A stretch of 64,000 nt of DNA from an uncultured Gammaproteobacteria bacterium (GCA_964393325.1 CAYMTE010000003.1:17661-81660); one strand, 5' to 3'. Counted from the stretch's first letter, positions 1 to 9,811 are shown. The notes: generated by a model not told the origin, from the letters alone. Translations and numbers: made by a program.

Positions 1-1020
1 TAGCAGATATTCAATGGCTTTTCGTCCTTCCGATTGCGAATGGACGAGAAATCCATTTTGTCCGTTTCGAATAATCTCGGGCGCGATGCCTACGGGATAC
101 GTTACGGGAATGAGACCTTGCGACATCCCCTCGATGAGACTAAGCGAGAATCCCTCATAGCGAGAGGTAATGAGGAGAATACTTCCTGCCTTGTCAGCAA
201 GGAAATCCGGTATATGTTCCTTTTGGATGTTCGCATGAAACTGATGGTTGGGAATATGCGCATCGCACCACTCCACGAGCGCTTTATTCGTTGTAATGCC
301 AATGGTATGTTTTGCCACCGTGGGAAAATGTTGATAGTAGTCAACCAGCCTATCGAGACCTTTGAGCTTTAAGGTAAACGTGTCGGCGCCGATTCGGCCG
401 AGGAAGATAAGTGCGGGATGAGTGGAGACAGAGAGCGAACGGTGCTTGAACCAATAGTCTTCGATGGCGTTTGGCACAACGTGGATATGGGTATCCGGGA
501 CGCCAACGTTCAACAGATCTTGTCGGACAATTTCGGAGGTGGCGATAACGGCGTCGCCACGACGTGCGACGAGTTTTTCGATTTCCGCGACGTCTTTGAG
601 CGGGCGGCGCGTGCGAACGTTGAGTTCGCGAATGGCGCCTCCATCTTTGAGAGCGAGCCAAATAGTTCGTAACGCAGGCTCGAGATCTTTTGCGAGCGGA
701 ACGGCTTGCAGGAATCCCCAGGACGTCGAACCAAAATGACTCACGACGGGAATAGGAAACGGCAACAGTGCGAGGGGCGTGTAGGTTGTTCCTTGGATGA
801 GATCGTATTTCAGGATTTCGTCTTTGTGTTCGAGAAGCGAATAGAAAAAGAGTACGTTACTAAACCCCTTGAGATGAGATGGCGCGTCGAGAAGTGGGTG
901 TCGCGGATAGAAACTTTTGACGCGAACGCCTGCTTCGCGCAGACGACTGGCCATGAGGTCATTAATAAAATGCGCTCCTGTGCCGAGCTTTTTGTCATTA
1001 TGGATGAACGCAATGTTCAT
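1..1020 (-). CDS. Glycosyltransferase, GT4-like (C-terminus beyond window edge)
   Basis: The minus frame is open from ATG at 1020 to position 1. It is absent from the ORF track because no stop lies in the window. My translation starts MNIAFIHNDKKLGTGAHF and ends ITSRYEGFSLSLIEGMSQGLIPVTYPVG, which contains the E-x7-E motif of retaining GT-B enzymes. The start forms an ATGA overlap with the upstream gene stop. Confidence 0.75.
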   Translation of the reverse strand, partial: MNIAFIHNDKKLGTGAHFINDLMASRLREAGVRVKSFYPRHPLLDAPSHLKGFSNVLFFYSLLEHKDEILKYDLIQGTTYTPLALLPFPIPVVSHFGSTSWGFLQAVPLAKDLEPALRTIWLALKDGGAIRELNVRTRRPLKDVAEIEKLVARRGDAVIATSEIVRQDLLNVGVPDTHIHVVPNAIEDYWFKHRSLSVSTHPALIFLGRIGADTFTLKLKGLDRLVDYYQHFPTVAKHTIGITTNKALVEWCDAHIPNHQFHANIQKEHIPDFLADKAGSILLITSRYEGFSLSLIEGMSQGLIPVTYPVGIAPEIIRNGQNGFLVHSQSEGRKAIEYLL

Positions 1021-1589
1021 ACCGAGGAGACCGCTTTTGCAGCAAAACCAATAAGGAGTATTCCGAAGCCGTTGAGCACGAAAGAGAGTGGCAGGAAAAG
1101 GCGTTGGTCTATGTTCGCAAGCCCGAGTATCATGACGCCGATTTCGTCGGGAAGGGGAGAGGCAATGATGACGGCGCCAAGGAGCGGCCAAAGCATCCTT
1201 GGAAGAATGGTGCTGAAGATTCGAATAACGCGTTTTGCACGCGGGAGTTCAAAGAGATATTTCAGGTCTTGTGCCGTGTGATCGCGCACGAAGCGAAACA
1301 GGAGGAAGTCTCCGCACATGGCTCCGAGGCCTCCGAAGAATGCGACCACCCATGGGGAATTTCCTTGTGCGAGTTCACCAAGAACGGCGATCGACGGAGC
1401 GGTTGTGAAGATCGACGTGAAGCATACGCCCGCGAGAAAACTCGTCAGGTATTCGAGTTCGTGCAGATACCCGACGATTGTGTGCACGATGTTTGTTTTT
1501 ACGATCAAGACGGCCAGGAAGATGCTGAATAAAAGGAGAAGCCCATCTTTGATCAATCTTGTCCGGTTCGTTGTTGCATGAGTACGCAT
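1017..1589 (-). CDS. Integral membrane protein, DedA/VTT-like (tentative)
   Basis: 190-aa ORF with 4-5 hydrophobic spans. The glycine-rich segment FFGGLGAMCGDFLLFRFVR resembles the VTT/DedA core. Confidence 0.4.
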   Translation of the reverse strand: MRTHATTNRTRLIKDGLLLLFSIFLAVLIVKTNIVHTIVGYLHELEYLTSFLAGVCFTSIFTTAPSIAVLGELAQGNSPWVVAFFGGLGAMCGDFLLFRFVRDHTAQDLKYLFELPRAKRVIRIFSTILPRMLWPLLGAVIIASPLPDEIGVMILGLANIDQRLFLPLSFVLNGFGILLIGFAAKAVSSV

Positions 1590-1689
1590 TCCGTGTTTGA
1601 TAGTACCGTGTGGATCGGTACGCGTCTATGCGATGCCTTGTTCGTTGTGCGGGTTTTATCGCGCTCTGATTGCGGTGTAGACGGTGAAT

Positions 1690-1698
1690 TGTTACAGT
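1690..1698 (+). promoter_or_regulatory. Extended -10 abutting a start codon
   Basis: TGtTACAGT, 8 nt before ATG 1707. Confidence 0.5.
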
Positions 1699-1706
1699 AA
1701 AAATAT

Positions 1707-2024
1707 ATGAAGCCATCCATTGTGAAATACGCGGTGTTCAATGCAGCGGGAACGGCGGTCTATGTCGCGCTCGTAGCGACGTTCCTTTCGCACACTGCGC
1801 AGATTTTTGACGACGTTCCTCAAAAGACCGCGCTCATCCCGATGGCGATGCTGCTATTGCTTGTGCTTTCTGCGTCAGTGACGGGAGGCTTCGTTCTTGG
1901 TCGTCCGGTGCTGTGGTATCTTGATGGAAAAAAGAAGGAAGCGGTGACGCTGTTCATCGCGACGCTTGGCTGTGTGTTTCTCATCATGGTTGCCGTGTTC
2001 GTGTTTCTTGCGACACAAGGTTGA
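1707..2024 (+). CDS. Small membrane protein, 3 predicted TM helices, unknown function
   Basis: 105-aa hydrophobic ORF. The ATG lies 8 nt after the extended -10 TGtTACAGT. Confidence 0.5.
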   Translation: MKPSIVKYAVFNAAGTAVYVALVATFLSHTAQIFDDVPQKTALIPMAMLLLLVLSASVTGGFVLGRPVLWYLDGKKKEAVTLFIATLGCVFLIMVAVFVFLATQG

Positions 2025-2045
2025 AGAAGGACGAGCGTCATATCT

Positions 2046-2489
2046 ATGACCGAACACGTGAAGCCAAAATTATTTGTCGCGACAAAAGCGTTTATTGTTC
2101 ACGATGGAAAGATTCTGCTGTTGCGGGAATCTACTCACTATCAAGACGGAACGCAGATCGGAAAATTCGATGTTCCTGGAGGTCGGGTGCAGCCGGGCGA
2201 GCGGTTTGATGAAGGGCTTATCCGCGAGATTCGCGAAGAGACGGGGCTGACGGTTCGTGTTGGCAAGCCGTTTTTTGTGGGGGAATGGCGCCCGATCGTG
2301 AAAGGCGAGCCGTGGCAGATCGTGGGTATTTTTTTCGCCTGCGAAGCAGACACGGACGCTGTGGCTCTGAGTGAAGATCATGCGGAATATGTATGGGCGG
2401 AGCCGCGCGCGGTCGGGGAGCTTGAGATTATTCCTAATCTTCTTCCGGTGTTTGACGCGTGGTTGGCGGCAAACGCGGTGGGCGTGTGA
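2046..2489 (+). CDS. NUDIX hydrolase
   Basis: Complete Nudix box GRVQPGERFDEGLIREIREETGL (G-x5-E-x7-REUxEExGU). Confidence 0.85.
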   Translation: MTEHVKPKLFVATKAFIVHDGKILLLRESTHYQDGTQIGKFDVPGGRVQPGERFDEGLIREIREETGLTVRVGKPFFVGEWRPIVKGEPWQIVGIFFACEADTDAVALSEDHAEYVWAEPRAVGELEIIPNLLPVFDAWLAANAVGV

Positions 2490-2542
2490 TGAAACGGGCG
2501 TAGCTGCGGATGTGGTCGTGCGGTCTATCTTTTAATGTAGGC

Positions 2543-2551
2543 TGTGATACT
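2543..2551 (+). promoter_or_regulatory. Extended -10 abutting a start codon
   Basis: TGtGATACT, 8 nt before ATG 2560. Confidence 0.5.
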
Positions 2552-2559
2552 GTGGCTAC

Positions 2560-3039
2560 ATGAAAAACATCCCCGCACTCCTCCTGCTCGTGTCGCTTGT
2601 TGGCGCGGGTTGTACGGCGTTGCCTTCCGTGCGACCCGAAACGGAACAGCCCTCGACAGACGTGAGAACGACGGAATTAGATTTGAGCAATCGCGGGCTG
2701 ACGTCGATCCCGATGGATGTCTTTTCGCGAACGACGCTGACAAAACTGGATCTGTCGAAGAATCGACTCACGCAGTCCCCGCCGTCGCAGATCGGCCAGC
2801 TGGAACAGCTCGAATATCTTGATCTGAGTGATAACGCATTGACGGGGTTGCCGGCGGAATTGGGGCGACTTTCTCATCTCAAGGTGCTTATCGTCTCGCG
2901 TAACGCGTTGACGGGGTTGCCACTGGAACTTGGAAATCTCACGCAGCTACGTGTTCTCGATGTTTCCGGAAATTCGTATGCGGAGAAGGATCTGAACGAG
3001 ATCGCGTCAAAACTTCCGCAGACAGAAATTCGTCGGTAA
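2560..3039 (+). CDS. Secreted leucine-rich-repeat protein (possible lipoprotein)
   Basis: N-terminal signal peptide ending VGAGC. It is followed by about 5 tandem 23-aa LRRs (LDLSxNxLTxLPxELGxLxxLxxL). Confidence 0.8.
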   Translation: MKNIPALLLLVSLVGAGCTALPSVRPETEQPSTDVRTTELDLSNRGLTSIPMDVFSRTTLTKLDLSKNRLTQSPPSQIGQLEQLEYLDLSDNALTGLPAELGRLSHLKVLIVSRNALTGLPLELGNLTQLRVLDVSGNSYAEKDLNEIASKLPQTEIRR

Positions 3040-3071
3040 CTCGGCATGCGTGATATCGTTTCCGAACGACT

Positions 3072-3971
3072 ATGTCGCGCGTCATTTCAAAGGGAGCGTA
3101 CGATGATATCGTCGCACGTCTCACGGCACCTCAATCTGTTGGCCGTGTTCCATTTTCTGTTCGATTTCCAAGTTTAACGCCAGCGATATTGTTTACGCGG
3201 CGACTCGGAACATCCGTGCGACAGTTGTACCGACGTGATCTTGCATGTCGTATGTCGGAGACGCTATTGCCGCATCGGTTGTATCGTCATGCGTCATTGT
3301 TGATGCGAAAATTAGGAACGTCAGAGATGCGATTGCAACGGAATAAGGTGAAAAATCTTGAGGCGGCGATTTCACGAATCTCGGGCGTTGTCGTGTACCC
3401 AGGCGAGGTGTTTTCGCTGTGGACGTTGGTCGGCAAGCCTACGCGACGCAAAGGATACGTGGACGGGATGCTGCTCTCGCGAGGACGGATAATCGAAGGA
3501 TTGGGTGGAGGGCTATGCCAGCTTTCTAATTTGTTGCATTGGATGTTTCTGCACGGGCCGTTCGAGATCATCGAACGATATCATCATTCGCTTGACGTGT
3601 TTCCAGATTCCGGTCGCACGATTCCGTTTGGAAGCGGAGCAACGATTTTGTATAACTTCGTGGATCTCAAGGCACGAAATACGAGCGAGGCCCCGATTCA
3701 GATCCACCTTTGGATGACGGAACAAAAGTTATGCGGTGAGCTTCGTACAACGGATCCGCACCTCGATGCGTATCGCGTAAAAGAAACGGATCATTGTTTT
3801 GTTCACTGGAAGAACGGATGGTACCGGTACAACCGGTTGTGGCGCGTGAGTAATATGCGCAATCGGAAACGCGTGAGTCAGCTCGCGGTCACGAATTTCG
3901 CACCCGTTTTGTACGACGTCGACGAGGAAGCGCTACGCAGAAACGGCTCTCCCGTGGTTACGATTGCGTAA
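3072..3971 (+). CDS. VanW family protein
   Basis: Shows YPGEVFSLW and the GGGLCQLSNLLHW motif typical of VanW domains. Confidence 0.7.
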   Translation: MSRVISKGAYDDIVARLTAPQSVGRVPFSVRFPSLTPAILFTRRLGTSVRQLYRRDLACRMSETLLPHRLYRHASLLMRKLGTSEMRLQRNKVKNLEAAISRISGVVVYPGEVFSLWTLVGKPTRRKGYVDGMLLSRGRIIEGLGGGLCQLSNLLHWMFLHGPFEIIERYHHSLDVFPDSGRTIPFGSGATILYNFVDLKARNTSEAPIQIHLWMTEQKLCGELRTTDPHLDAYRVKETDHCFVHWKNGWYRYNRLWRVSNMRNRKRVSQLAVTNFAPVLYDVDEEALRRNGSPVVTIA

Positions 3972-4024
3972 ACATAAAAACACACCCACATAGCGAACGC
4001 GTTTCGCTATGTGGGTGTGGCTCG

Positions 4025-4423
4025 TTAGGAGGGGTGTCGCCGAATTCGGTGTGATGGGCGCGGCGCGGGTCGAGCCTCTTCTTCCGCAAGCGCCTCGTCG
4101 ATCTCTGGATCCCGTGTGACGTGTTGCCGTGGGGGTGTTTCTGCCCGCGCCTTGTCCAACGCGACGCGTAGTCGTCGATTGAAGTCTTCGCCGAGGGCCT
4201 CGTCGGCGATGAGGAGTTTGATCGCATCGTTTTCGATTTCAGCGATGCGACGCCGTTCAGCGAGGATTTGTAGGCGATGCTTGTATCGTATCCCCTCTAT
4301 TTTTTGATGGTGACGCAGCACGAGGATCCGATTGAGGAATGCGGCGATGCTGCCACCAAAGACCAGAAAGAAGAAGAAAATCTCGATGAAATGGTTGCCA
4401 ATAAAATCCAGAATATCCTTCAT
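4025..4423 (-). CDS. Membrane-anchored coiled-coil protein, unknown function
   Basis: Start moved to the internal ATG at 4423 (MKDILDFIGNHF), which is preceded by the SD AGGAG 5 nt upstream. It has one N-terminal TM helix followed by a charged helical region. Confidence 0.45.
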   Translation of the reverse strand: MKDILDFIGNHFIEIFFFFLVFGGSIAAFLNRILVLRHHQKIEGIRYKHRLQILAERRRIAEIENDAIKLLIADEALGEDFNRRLRVALDKARAETPPRQHVTRDPEIDEALAEEEARPAPRPSHRIRRHPS

Positions 4424-4507
4424 GAAATCTCCTGAGGCTGTACGTTTCTGGTCGAGTATACGCAAAGAAAAGAACGAATATCTAAATACAGGATTTTAGA
4501 TCGTTTG

Positions 4508-5620
4508 TCAAGACTGGTGCGCGCTGCCGATCGCGTCACGGATGGAGGAGAATCCATCTCGCGTAAGAAGTCGTACAAGTCCGCGGTTGATCTCACCGAT
4601 AAGTTGCGGTCCTTCAAAGATCATTCCGGTGATGAGTTGTACGAGTGATGCGCCTTGGCGAATTTTTTCGTACGCATCTTCGGCGGAGAAGATGCCTCCG
4701 CATCCAATGATGACGTAACGCGTTCCTGCTGTTCGATAGAGATGTGCGATGAGCGCGTTCGAGCAGGCGAACGTCGCCTTTCCGCTCACACCACCGCATC
4801 TTGCCTGTTGAATCTCGTCGGGTTGAATTTCTGGACGCGTGTACGTTTTGGTGAGGTTTGCGATGACGAATCCGTGTACGCGATGCCTGTCTGCAATCGC
4901 AACAAGCGCATCAAGCTGTTCCGTGGTGCTGTCGGCCGGGACTTTGAGAAAAATCGGTTTGTTCGTCGGAATAGTATCTATCTCGGTGAGGAGAAGATCG
5001 AGAGATGTTGGATCGGTAAATGGTTCACCGCCAAAGGCATTCGGGCAGCTGATGTTGATCGTGGCGTAATCTCCAATGCCTTCGAACGCGCGGAACGCTT
5101 TTGCATAATCCGCGATGCCGTCGCGAATCTGAATCGTCGAAGGCGAATTGGTTTTTGCAACGCTGATGCCCACAGGAAAAGCGAATGTTTTTCCGCGGAG
5201 TCGTGAGGCGATCGCATCACATCCCTCATTTTTGAGACCGTAATATACGAGAAGTCCGTTGGATTTTGGCAGACGCCAGAGGCGTGGGCGTGCATTGCCG
5301 GCACACGGTTCGCCGGTGATGGATCCGACTTCTTCAAAACCAAAGCCAACGGTCGGAAGAATGTTGAGAAGTCGTGCGTCTTTGTCGAACCCCGCGGCAA
5401 GTCCAACGGGATTTGCGAAGGACATTCCAAGGATAGTTTGCGTGAGAGCGGGGTGCGCGTAGTGAAACGCGGTCGAGGAAAACCAACGCGTGAGGGCATG
5501 TCTCCCTAGCCATTCACCGAACGCGCACATGCGGTCATGAACGTCTTCCGGGTCTTGTCGAAATAAAAACGGTTTCACAATACTTCGATAGCCGTGTCGA
5601 AGGATTGTTGTGCCAAACAT
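4508..5620 (-). CDS. pyrD: Dihydroorotate dehydrogenase, class-2-like
   Basis: FANPVGLAAGFDKDA motif, an N-terminal extension similar to E. coli PyrD (FLFRQDPEDVHD), and an NISCPNA catalytic loop. Confidence 0.85.
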   Translation of the reverse strand: MFGTTILRHGYRSIVKPFLFRQDPEDVHDRMCAFGEWLGRHALTRWFSSTAFHYAHPALTQTILGMSFANPVGLAAGFDKDARLLNILPTVGFGFEEVGSITGEPCAGNARPRLWRLPKSNGLLVYYGLKNEGCDAIASRLRGKTFAFPVGISVAKTNSPSTIQIRDGIADYAKAFRAFEGIGDYATINISCPNAFGGEPFTDPTSLDLLLTEIDTIPTNKPIFLKVPADSTTEQLDALVAIADRHRVHGFVIANLTKTYTRPEIQPDEIQQARCGGVSGKATFACSNALIAHLYRTAGTRYVIIGCGGIFSAEDAYEKIRQGASLVQLITGMIFEGPQLIGEINRGLVRLLTRDGFSSIRDAIGSAHQS

Positions 5621-5686
5621 ATGCGATCACGCTACTCGTCCTTGTGTGTGTTGTCTAGGGTGCGCGACGGTGTTCAGGCGACGACG

Positions 5687-5938
5687 TTAGCGGTGCGTAC
5701 ATCCGGCCCAGCAGCAGGGGCGGCGCATGCCGCCATACATTTTTGATCGCGCTTTTTCGATGCGAATAGCTCTCGTTTCGGCTTTTTTGGCGTCTTGAAC
5801 CCAGCAGATCCACTCGTTGCGTGCGAGCGGCGTAATGTCCTCCCAGATCGTGAGGAGTTTTGGATCGGACGCCAACGCGGCGCGAAGATCCGTGGGCAAT
5901 CGATGAACCGTACCCGATGAGATTCGTTGTGCTGACAT
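5687..5938 (-). CDS. YdeI/OmpD-associated family protein
   Basis: C-terminal pattern LARNEWICWVQDAKKAETRAIRIEKA...RRPCCWAGCTHR. Start set at ATG 5938, which lies 6 nt after TGgTACACT. Confidence 0.65.
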   Translation of the reverse strand: MSAQRISSGTVHRLPTDLRAALASDPKLLTIWEDITPLARNEWICWVQDAKKAETRAIRIEKARSKMYGGMRRPCCWAGCTHR

Positions 5939-5944
5939 GAGTTG

Positions 5945-5953
5945 AGTGTACCA
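5945..5953 (-). promoter_or_regulatory. Extended -10 abutting a start codon
   Basis: On the minus strand: TGgTACACT, 6 nt before ATG 5938. Confidence 0.55.
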
Positions 5954-5981
5954 GAATATAAAGGGTGGGAAAGTCACCGCA

Positions 5982-5990
5982 TGTTACACT
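5982..5990 (+). promoter_or_regulatory. Extended -10 abutting a start codon
   Basis: TGtTACACT, 9 nt before ATG 6000. It is divergent from the 5945-5953 element. Confidence 0.55.
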
Positions 5991-5999
5991 GTGGCTGCT

Positions 6000-6689
6000 A
6001 TGGCGAGTTTTCGTATGCATCTTTCGTTTGGCATCGCACTCGGCGTGCTAAGTAGTGTTGCGCTGGCGGGCGTTGCCTTTGCGCCGGAGGCATGGAGTGT
6101 GTACATCCTTATTGCGCTTTCTGTCGTTGTCGGCGCGATTGCGCCGGATATTGATAGCGATTCCGGCGTGCCGTTTCATATCACGTTTGCATCACTCTCG
6201 TTTGTCGCCGCCGGCCTTGTTGCAATCGCCGTGTATCGAACGGATGCATCGAATAGGCTCGCGCTTGTCGGCTATCCCGTACTCGCGCTCTTGACGATGT
6301 GGGGGATTGTCGGTGCGATTTTTAAAAAATTCACGCGTCATCGCGGGATGGTGCATTCGATTCCCGCAGCGCTTCTTGCGGGACTTCTCGTTTTTTCACT
6401 TGCGCGGATCGGACGGTTTGAAGATTGGGACGCGTTTGTGCTCGGCGTGGCATTTTGCGCTGGGTATCTGCTGCATTTGGTTCTCGATGAGATCTATGCC
6501 GCAGTGAATGCACACGGCACGCTGTTTGTACCGAATAAGGCTCTGGGGAGTGCGCTAAAATTTTCCTCGCAGAATCGGTTGATTACCGTTCTGACGTATG
6601 CCGCGTGTGGCGTGCTACTCGTACAGAATCAAGACGTTGTTCTCCGTTGCGTAACACAGGCGTGTCAACTGTTTGGCGCGACCTGTTGA
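6000..6689 (+). CDS. Membrane-bound metal-dependent hydrolase-like protein (DUF457/YdjM-like)
   Basis: Multi-TM protein with APDIDSDSG, HRGMVHS and LHLVLDE motifs. Start set at ATG 6000, 9 nt after TGtTACACT. Confidence 0.5.
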   Translation: MASFRMHLSFGIALGVLSSVALAGVAFAPEAWSVYILIALSVVVGAIAPDIDSDSGVPFHITFASLSFVAAGLVAIAVYRTDASNRLALVGYPVLALLTMWGIVGAIFKKFTRHRGMVHSIPAALLAGLLVFSLARIGRFEDWDAFVLGVAFCAGYLLHLVLDEIYAAVNAHGTLFVPNKALGSALKFSSQNRLITVLTYAACGVLLVQNQDVVLRCVTQACQLFGATC

Positions 6690-6713
6690 TGTCGTGAGCA
6701 CGCGTTGCGTCCG

Positions 6714-6722
6714 TGCTACACT
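6714..6722 (+). promoter_or_regulatory. Extended -10 abutting a start codon
   Basis: TGcTACACT, 9 nt before msrA ATG 6732. Confidence 0.55.
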
Positions 6723-6731
6723 TTTTTCCAT

Positions 6732-7235
6732 ATGAACTCAACGAATGTTGCTGTATTGGCAGGAGGATGTTTTTGGGGCATGGAGGAATTATTTCGCAAA
6801 CAACCAGGTGTTATTGATACGGAAGCGGGGTATACCGGCGGGGAGAATGACAATCCGAGTTACGAACATCATCCGGGACATGCGGAGGCGTTGAAAATCA
6901 CGTATGACCCGACAAAAACCTCGTATCCGGAGCTTTTGGATTTCTTTTTTCGCATCCATGATCCAACGACGAAGAATCGACAGGGGAACGATGTCGGCGC
7001 GTCCTACCGATCGGCAATTTTTTATGCAAACGATGAACAGAAAAAGGAAGCAGAGGCATTCATTGAGCGCGTGAACGCAAGCCATCGATGGTCGGATCCC
7101 GTGGTGACGACGCTTGAGCCGCTTGGTCGTTTTTACGAAGCGGAATCGTATCATCAAGATTATCTTCAAAAAAATCCGGACGGATACACCTGCCATTTCG
7201 TCCGGAACATTCCGAGCTTCTTGTCGTCATCATGA
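6732..7235 (+). CDS. msrA: Peptide-methionine (S)-S-oxide reductase
   Basis: [11 protein letters not shown] active-site motif and YHQDYL near the C-terminus. Start set at ATG 6732, 9 nt after TGcTACACT. Confidence 0.9.
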   Translation: MNSTNVAVLAGGCFWGMEELFRKQPGVIDTEAGYTGGENDNPSYEHHPGHAEALKITYDPTKTSYPELLDFFFRIHDPTTKNRQGNDVGASYRSAIFYANDEQKKEAEAFIERVNASHRWSDPVVTTLEPLGRFYEAESYHQDYLQKNPDGYTCHFVRNIPSFLSSS

Positions 7236-7633
7236 TCTACTTCGTGTTGTACAGTTTTCTGGGATGGGTAGGTGACACGGCCTACCGTTCATTTGAAAAG
7301 GGGCGCTATGTCCGAGGAAGCTTTTTGCCGATTCCGTTTATGCCGGTGTATGGATTCGGCGCGCTTCTTGTGCTCGCCTTGGATACACGGTTCCGCGCGC
7401 TTCCGTTGCCGCTCGCGTTCGTTCTCTACGGATCGCTTCTCGCAGTTCTTGAGCTTCTCACCGGATTTTGTATCAAGAAGTATTTTAAACGACGTCTGTG
7501 GAAATATGATGGCGGCGTCATGAATATCGGTGGATTCACGAATTTAGCGCACGCGGCGTTATGGGGAGCGCTGGCAATGGTTGTTGTAGTGCTTCAGCCG
7601 CAACTTGAGCGCATCTTCGGTCCGCTGTGGTAA
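7232..7633 (+). CDS. Membrane protein, putative ABC-transporter type IV family (PF06541-like)
   Basis: [14 protein letters not shown]...[10 protein letters not shown] pattern. The start forms an ATGA overlap with the msrA stop. Confidence 0.5.
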   Translation: MIYFVLYSFLGWVGDTAYRSFEKGRYVRGSFLPIPFMPVYGFGALLVLALDTRFRALPLPLAFVLYGSLLAVLELLTGFCIKKYFKRRLWKYDGGVMNIGGFTNLAHAALWGALAMVVVVLQPQLERIFGPLW

Positions 7634-7668
7634 GTCGACCGGCGTACTGGTAGGATCGGTAGCGAAAT

Positions 7669-8115
7669 ATGGAGTGTGCACTCTGTGCGGCGCGGCTCGC
7701 TGAAGCGTATCGCGTGATCTATCAGGATGATCATGTGTTCGTTCTCTTGAACGTTGAGCCGCTCAAAGACGGTCATGTCATGATTCTTCCCGTTCGTCAT
7801 GCGGAAAACCTGAAAGATCTTACGCCCGAAGAGTCCCGGGCTTTTCTCGTCGCGATCGATCAATGCATGGAGGCGATGACGCGTGTGTATGACCATGCAC
7901 CCATGTGTCATGTGAATGGATGGAAGCATCGGAGCCAGCCGCATCTTCACGCACATGTGCTGCCGAGTGCGGGGAGCGTGCGTGAGCTGTATGTCGCGGC
8001 AGAAGGTTCGCCGCGTCGACGACGAGCAAGCGAAGATGAGCTTCGCGCGATCGCGGAGCGGCTTGTGACGGCATTCGGTTTAACGGACGAAGAGGGGCCT
8101 ACTAGCTCACCATGA
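7669..8115 (+). CDS. HIT family hydrolase
   Basis: Histidine-triad motif HLHAHVLP and the upstream GHVMILPVRH. Confidence 0.85.
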   Translation: MECALCAARLAEAYRVIYQDDHVFVLLNVEPLKDGHVMILPVRHAENLKDLTPEESRAFLVAIDQCMEAMTRVYDHAPMCHVNGWKHRSQPHLHAHVLPSAGSVRELYVAAEGSPRRRRASEDELRAIAERLVTAFGLTDEEGPTSSP

Positions 8116-8968
8116 AGATGATGCCGATGCAGATGAGAATGAACGTTGAAATTTTAAGGACCAGTCCTTTTTCATGAAACACACGATTGCCGAACGCGAT
8201 GCCCCACAGGACGGAAAAGCTTCGTGTCGCGGCGAGAATGACGGATGCGGGAGCAAAGAGATATCCGAAGCTTCCAACGAATGCGTCTCCGGCGTGTGAG
8301 GTGGATTGCAAAAAGGGAAGTTGTTTTCGCAGCAGACGGAACGGATTCTCACGAGCGACGAACACGGAGGCGAAAAAGAAACAGATCAATTGCGACCCGA
8401 TGAGAACCATTTGTTCTGCAACCACGGAGTTCCACACACTTACGTGCCATTTATAGAGCGAGATGCATGCGACGGCGTTGAGCGCTGTGAGCGCTGTGAG
8501 GACGGCGCCTTTTCGTTCGATGCCATGGTTCAAGAAGAGGAAGAGGAGCGCGCACATGACGATGATGATGCCGACGACTTGATGGCCGGTGAGCGGCGTA
8601 CCGATGAGGAGGTCGACGATCAAGAGGAGTGGCATCGTTCCGGTTCGGATAAAATTAAATGTACTGCGCGAAGCGAGTGAAATCGCCTTCACCGTTCCAA
8701 ATGCTTGCGCGACCGCGAGAATAGCCAGCGGGATCAATGTCGGAATTGAGTCGGGGTTCAGGCGGAAAGTGTCATGCCGGATGCTTGCGACGACGAGGAA
8801 CAGGGCAAAAGAGATGAGGCTATTCTGAAAACCGATCGCATACACGCTTTCGACGTGTTTTGAGACGATCCACTTCCCGAGAGATCCGGAGAGCTCGCCA
8901 AAGAAACTCGCAAGCGCTTGAAGAAAAATACCGATCATACGCGCTATCATAGCATTGAATCCTCCCAT
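8102..8968 (-). CDS. Multi-pass membrane protein, DMT/EamA-like (tentative)
   Basis: About 9-10 hydrophobic spans. The start is uncertain: candidate ATGs at 8968, 8950 and 8938, with GGGAGGA upstream of 8950. Confidence 0.4.
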   Translation of the reverse strand: MGGFNAMIARMIGIFLQALASFFGELSGSLGKWIVSKHVESVYAIGFQNSLISFALFLVVASIRHDTFRLNPDSIPTLIPLAILAVAQAFGTVKAISLASRSTFNFIRTGTMPLLLIVDLLIGTPLTGHQVVGIIIVMCALLFLFLNHGIERKGAVLTALTALNAVACISLYKWHVSVWNSVVAEQMVLIGSQLICFFFASVFVARENPFRLLRKQLPFLQSTSHAGDAFVGSFGYLFAPASVILAATRSFSVLWGIAFGNRVFHEKGLVLKISTFILICIGIIFMVS

Positions 8969-9051
8969 GTTCGCTCTTGAATCTGTTGACAGCACGTCGA
9001 TGATTCGATACACCTTCGGTGCTCTTTGTACGAAACACATGGGAGGCGGGC

Positions 9052-9768
9052 ATGAGTGAACCAATCCGAATTCGTCCAATGAAATATGGCGATGAGGCGC
9101 ACGTCGAGGTCGGGTGGCGGCCGGTGCCGGTCAATCCGCGCAGCTACGTAAACCCGCGCGGATGGGCGGTGCTCTGGATCATTGTCACCACGCGTGACGC
9201 ACAGGGTCGGGAGTACTCCTACGAGCAGCCGACGATCATCCAGAACTCGGGGGTCTATGTCGTCTGTCGCGATCGCCAGGGGCTCGTAGCGTTGCAGCGG
9301 GAGCGACGACTGTCGACGGAGCGGCTGTCCGAAATGAAGAGCGCGGCGTCGTACGTTCGCGAGCTTTTGGAGAAAGACCTCTGGGGTAAGCTCGTGGAGA
9401 CGTTCGGGAGCTGGCAGTGGCAGCTGCCTCGCGGTCTGCCCGATCCCCGCGATGGGGAACTGTTCTTAAAGGATACGGACGTGCTGCTTGTTGCGGCACG
9501 ACGAACGGCGCGGGAGGAGATCGGCGCACATCTCGATCATGCGGAGCTATTGAATGCGCGCATCATTGGGAACTCGACGTTCGACGTCCATCCGCAATAT
9601 GTCGCCGTGGGAGAACGGCGCTCCGCGGATGAGGCGGCGGTGAAGCTCGATGAACATATCCGTCCCGTCGAGTGGCTCTCTGCGGAAGCGATCCGGAGTC
9701 TGATCGCGCGGGGAGAGCTCCGTGATGCGAGTTCCGTGATGGCGCTCGCCGCGGCAGGCGTCCTCTAG
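9052..9768 (+). CDS. Hypothetical protein, possible degenerate Nudix fold
   Basis: AARRTAREEIGA resembles the REUxEExG half of a Nudix box, but the G-x5-E half is imperfect. The SD GGGAGG lies 5 nt before ATG 9052. Third codon positions look G/C-rich. Confidence 0.35.
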   Translation: MSEPIRIRPMKYGDEAHVEVGWRPVPVNPRSYVNPRGWAVLWIIVTTRDAQGREYSYEQPTIIQNSGVYVVCRDRQGLVALQRERRLSTERLSEMKSAASYVRELLEKDLWGKLVETFGSWQWQLPRGLPDPRDGELFLKDTDVLLVAARRTAREEIGAHLDHAELLNARIIGNSTFDVHPQYVAVGERRSADEAAVKLDEHIRPVEWLSAEAIRSLIARGELRDASSVMALAAAGVL

Positions 9769-9786
9769 AGTGTTTATTTCTATCGT

Positions 9787-9811
9787 ACCGGCGTTGTTTC
9801 GCCGGTTTTTT
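9787..9811 (+). terminator. Intrinsic terminator
   Basis: ACCGGCG-ttgttt-CGCCGGT followed by TTTTT. Confidence 0.75.
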
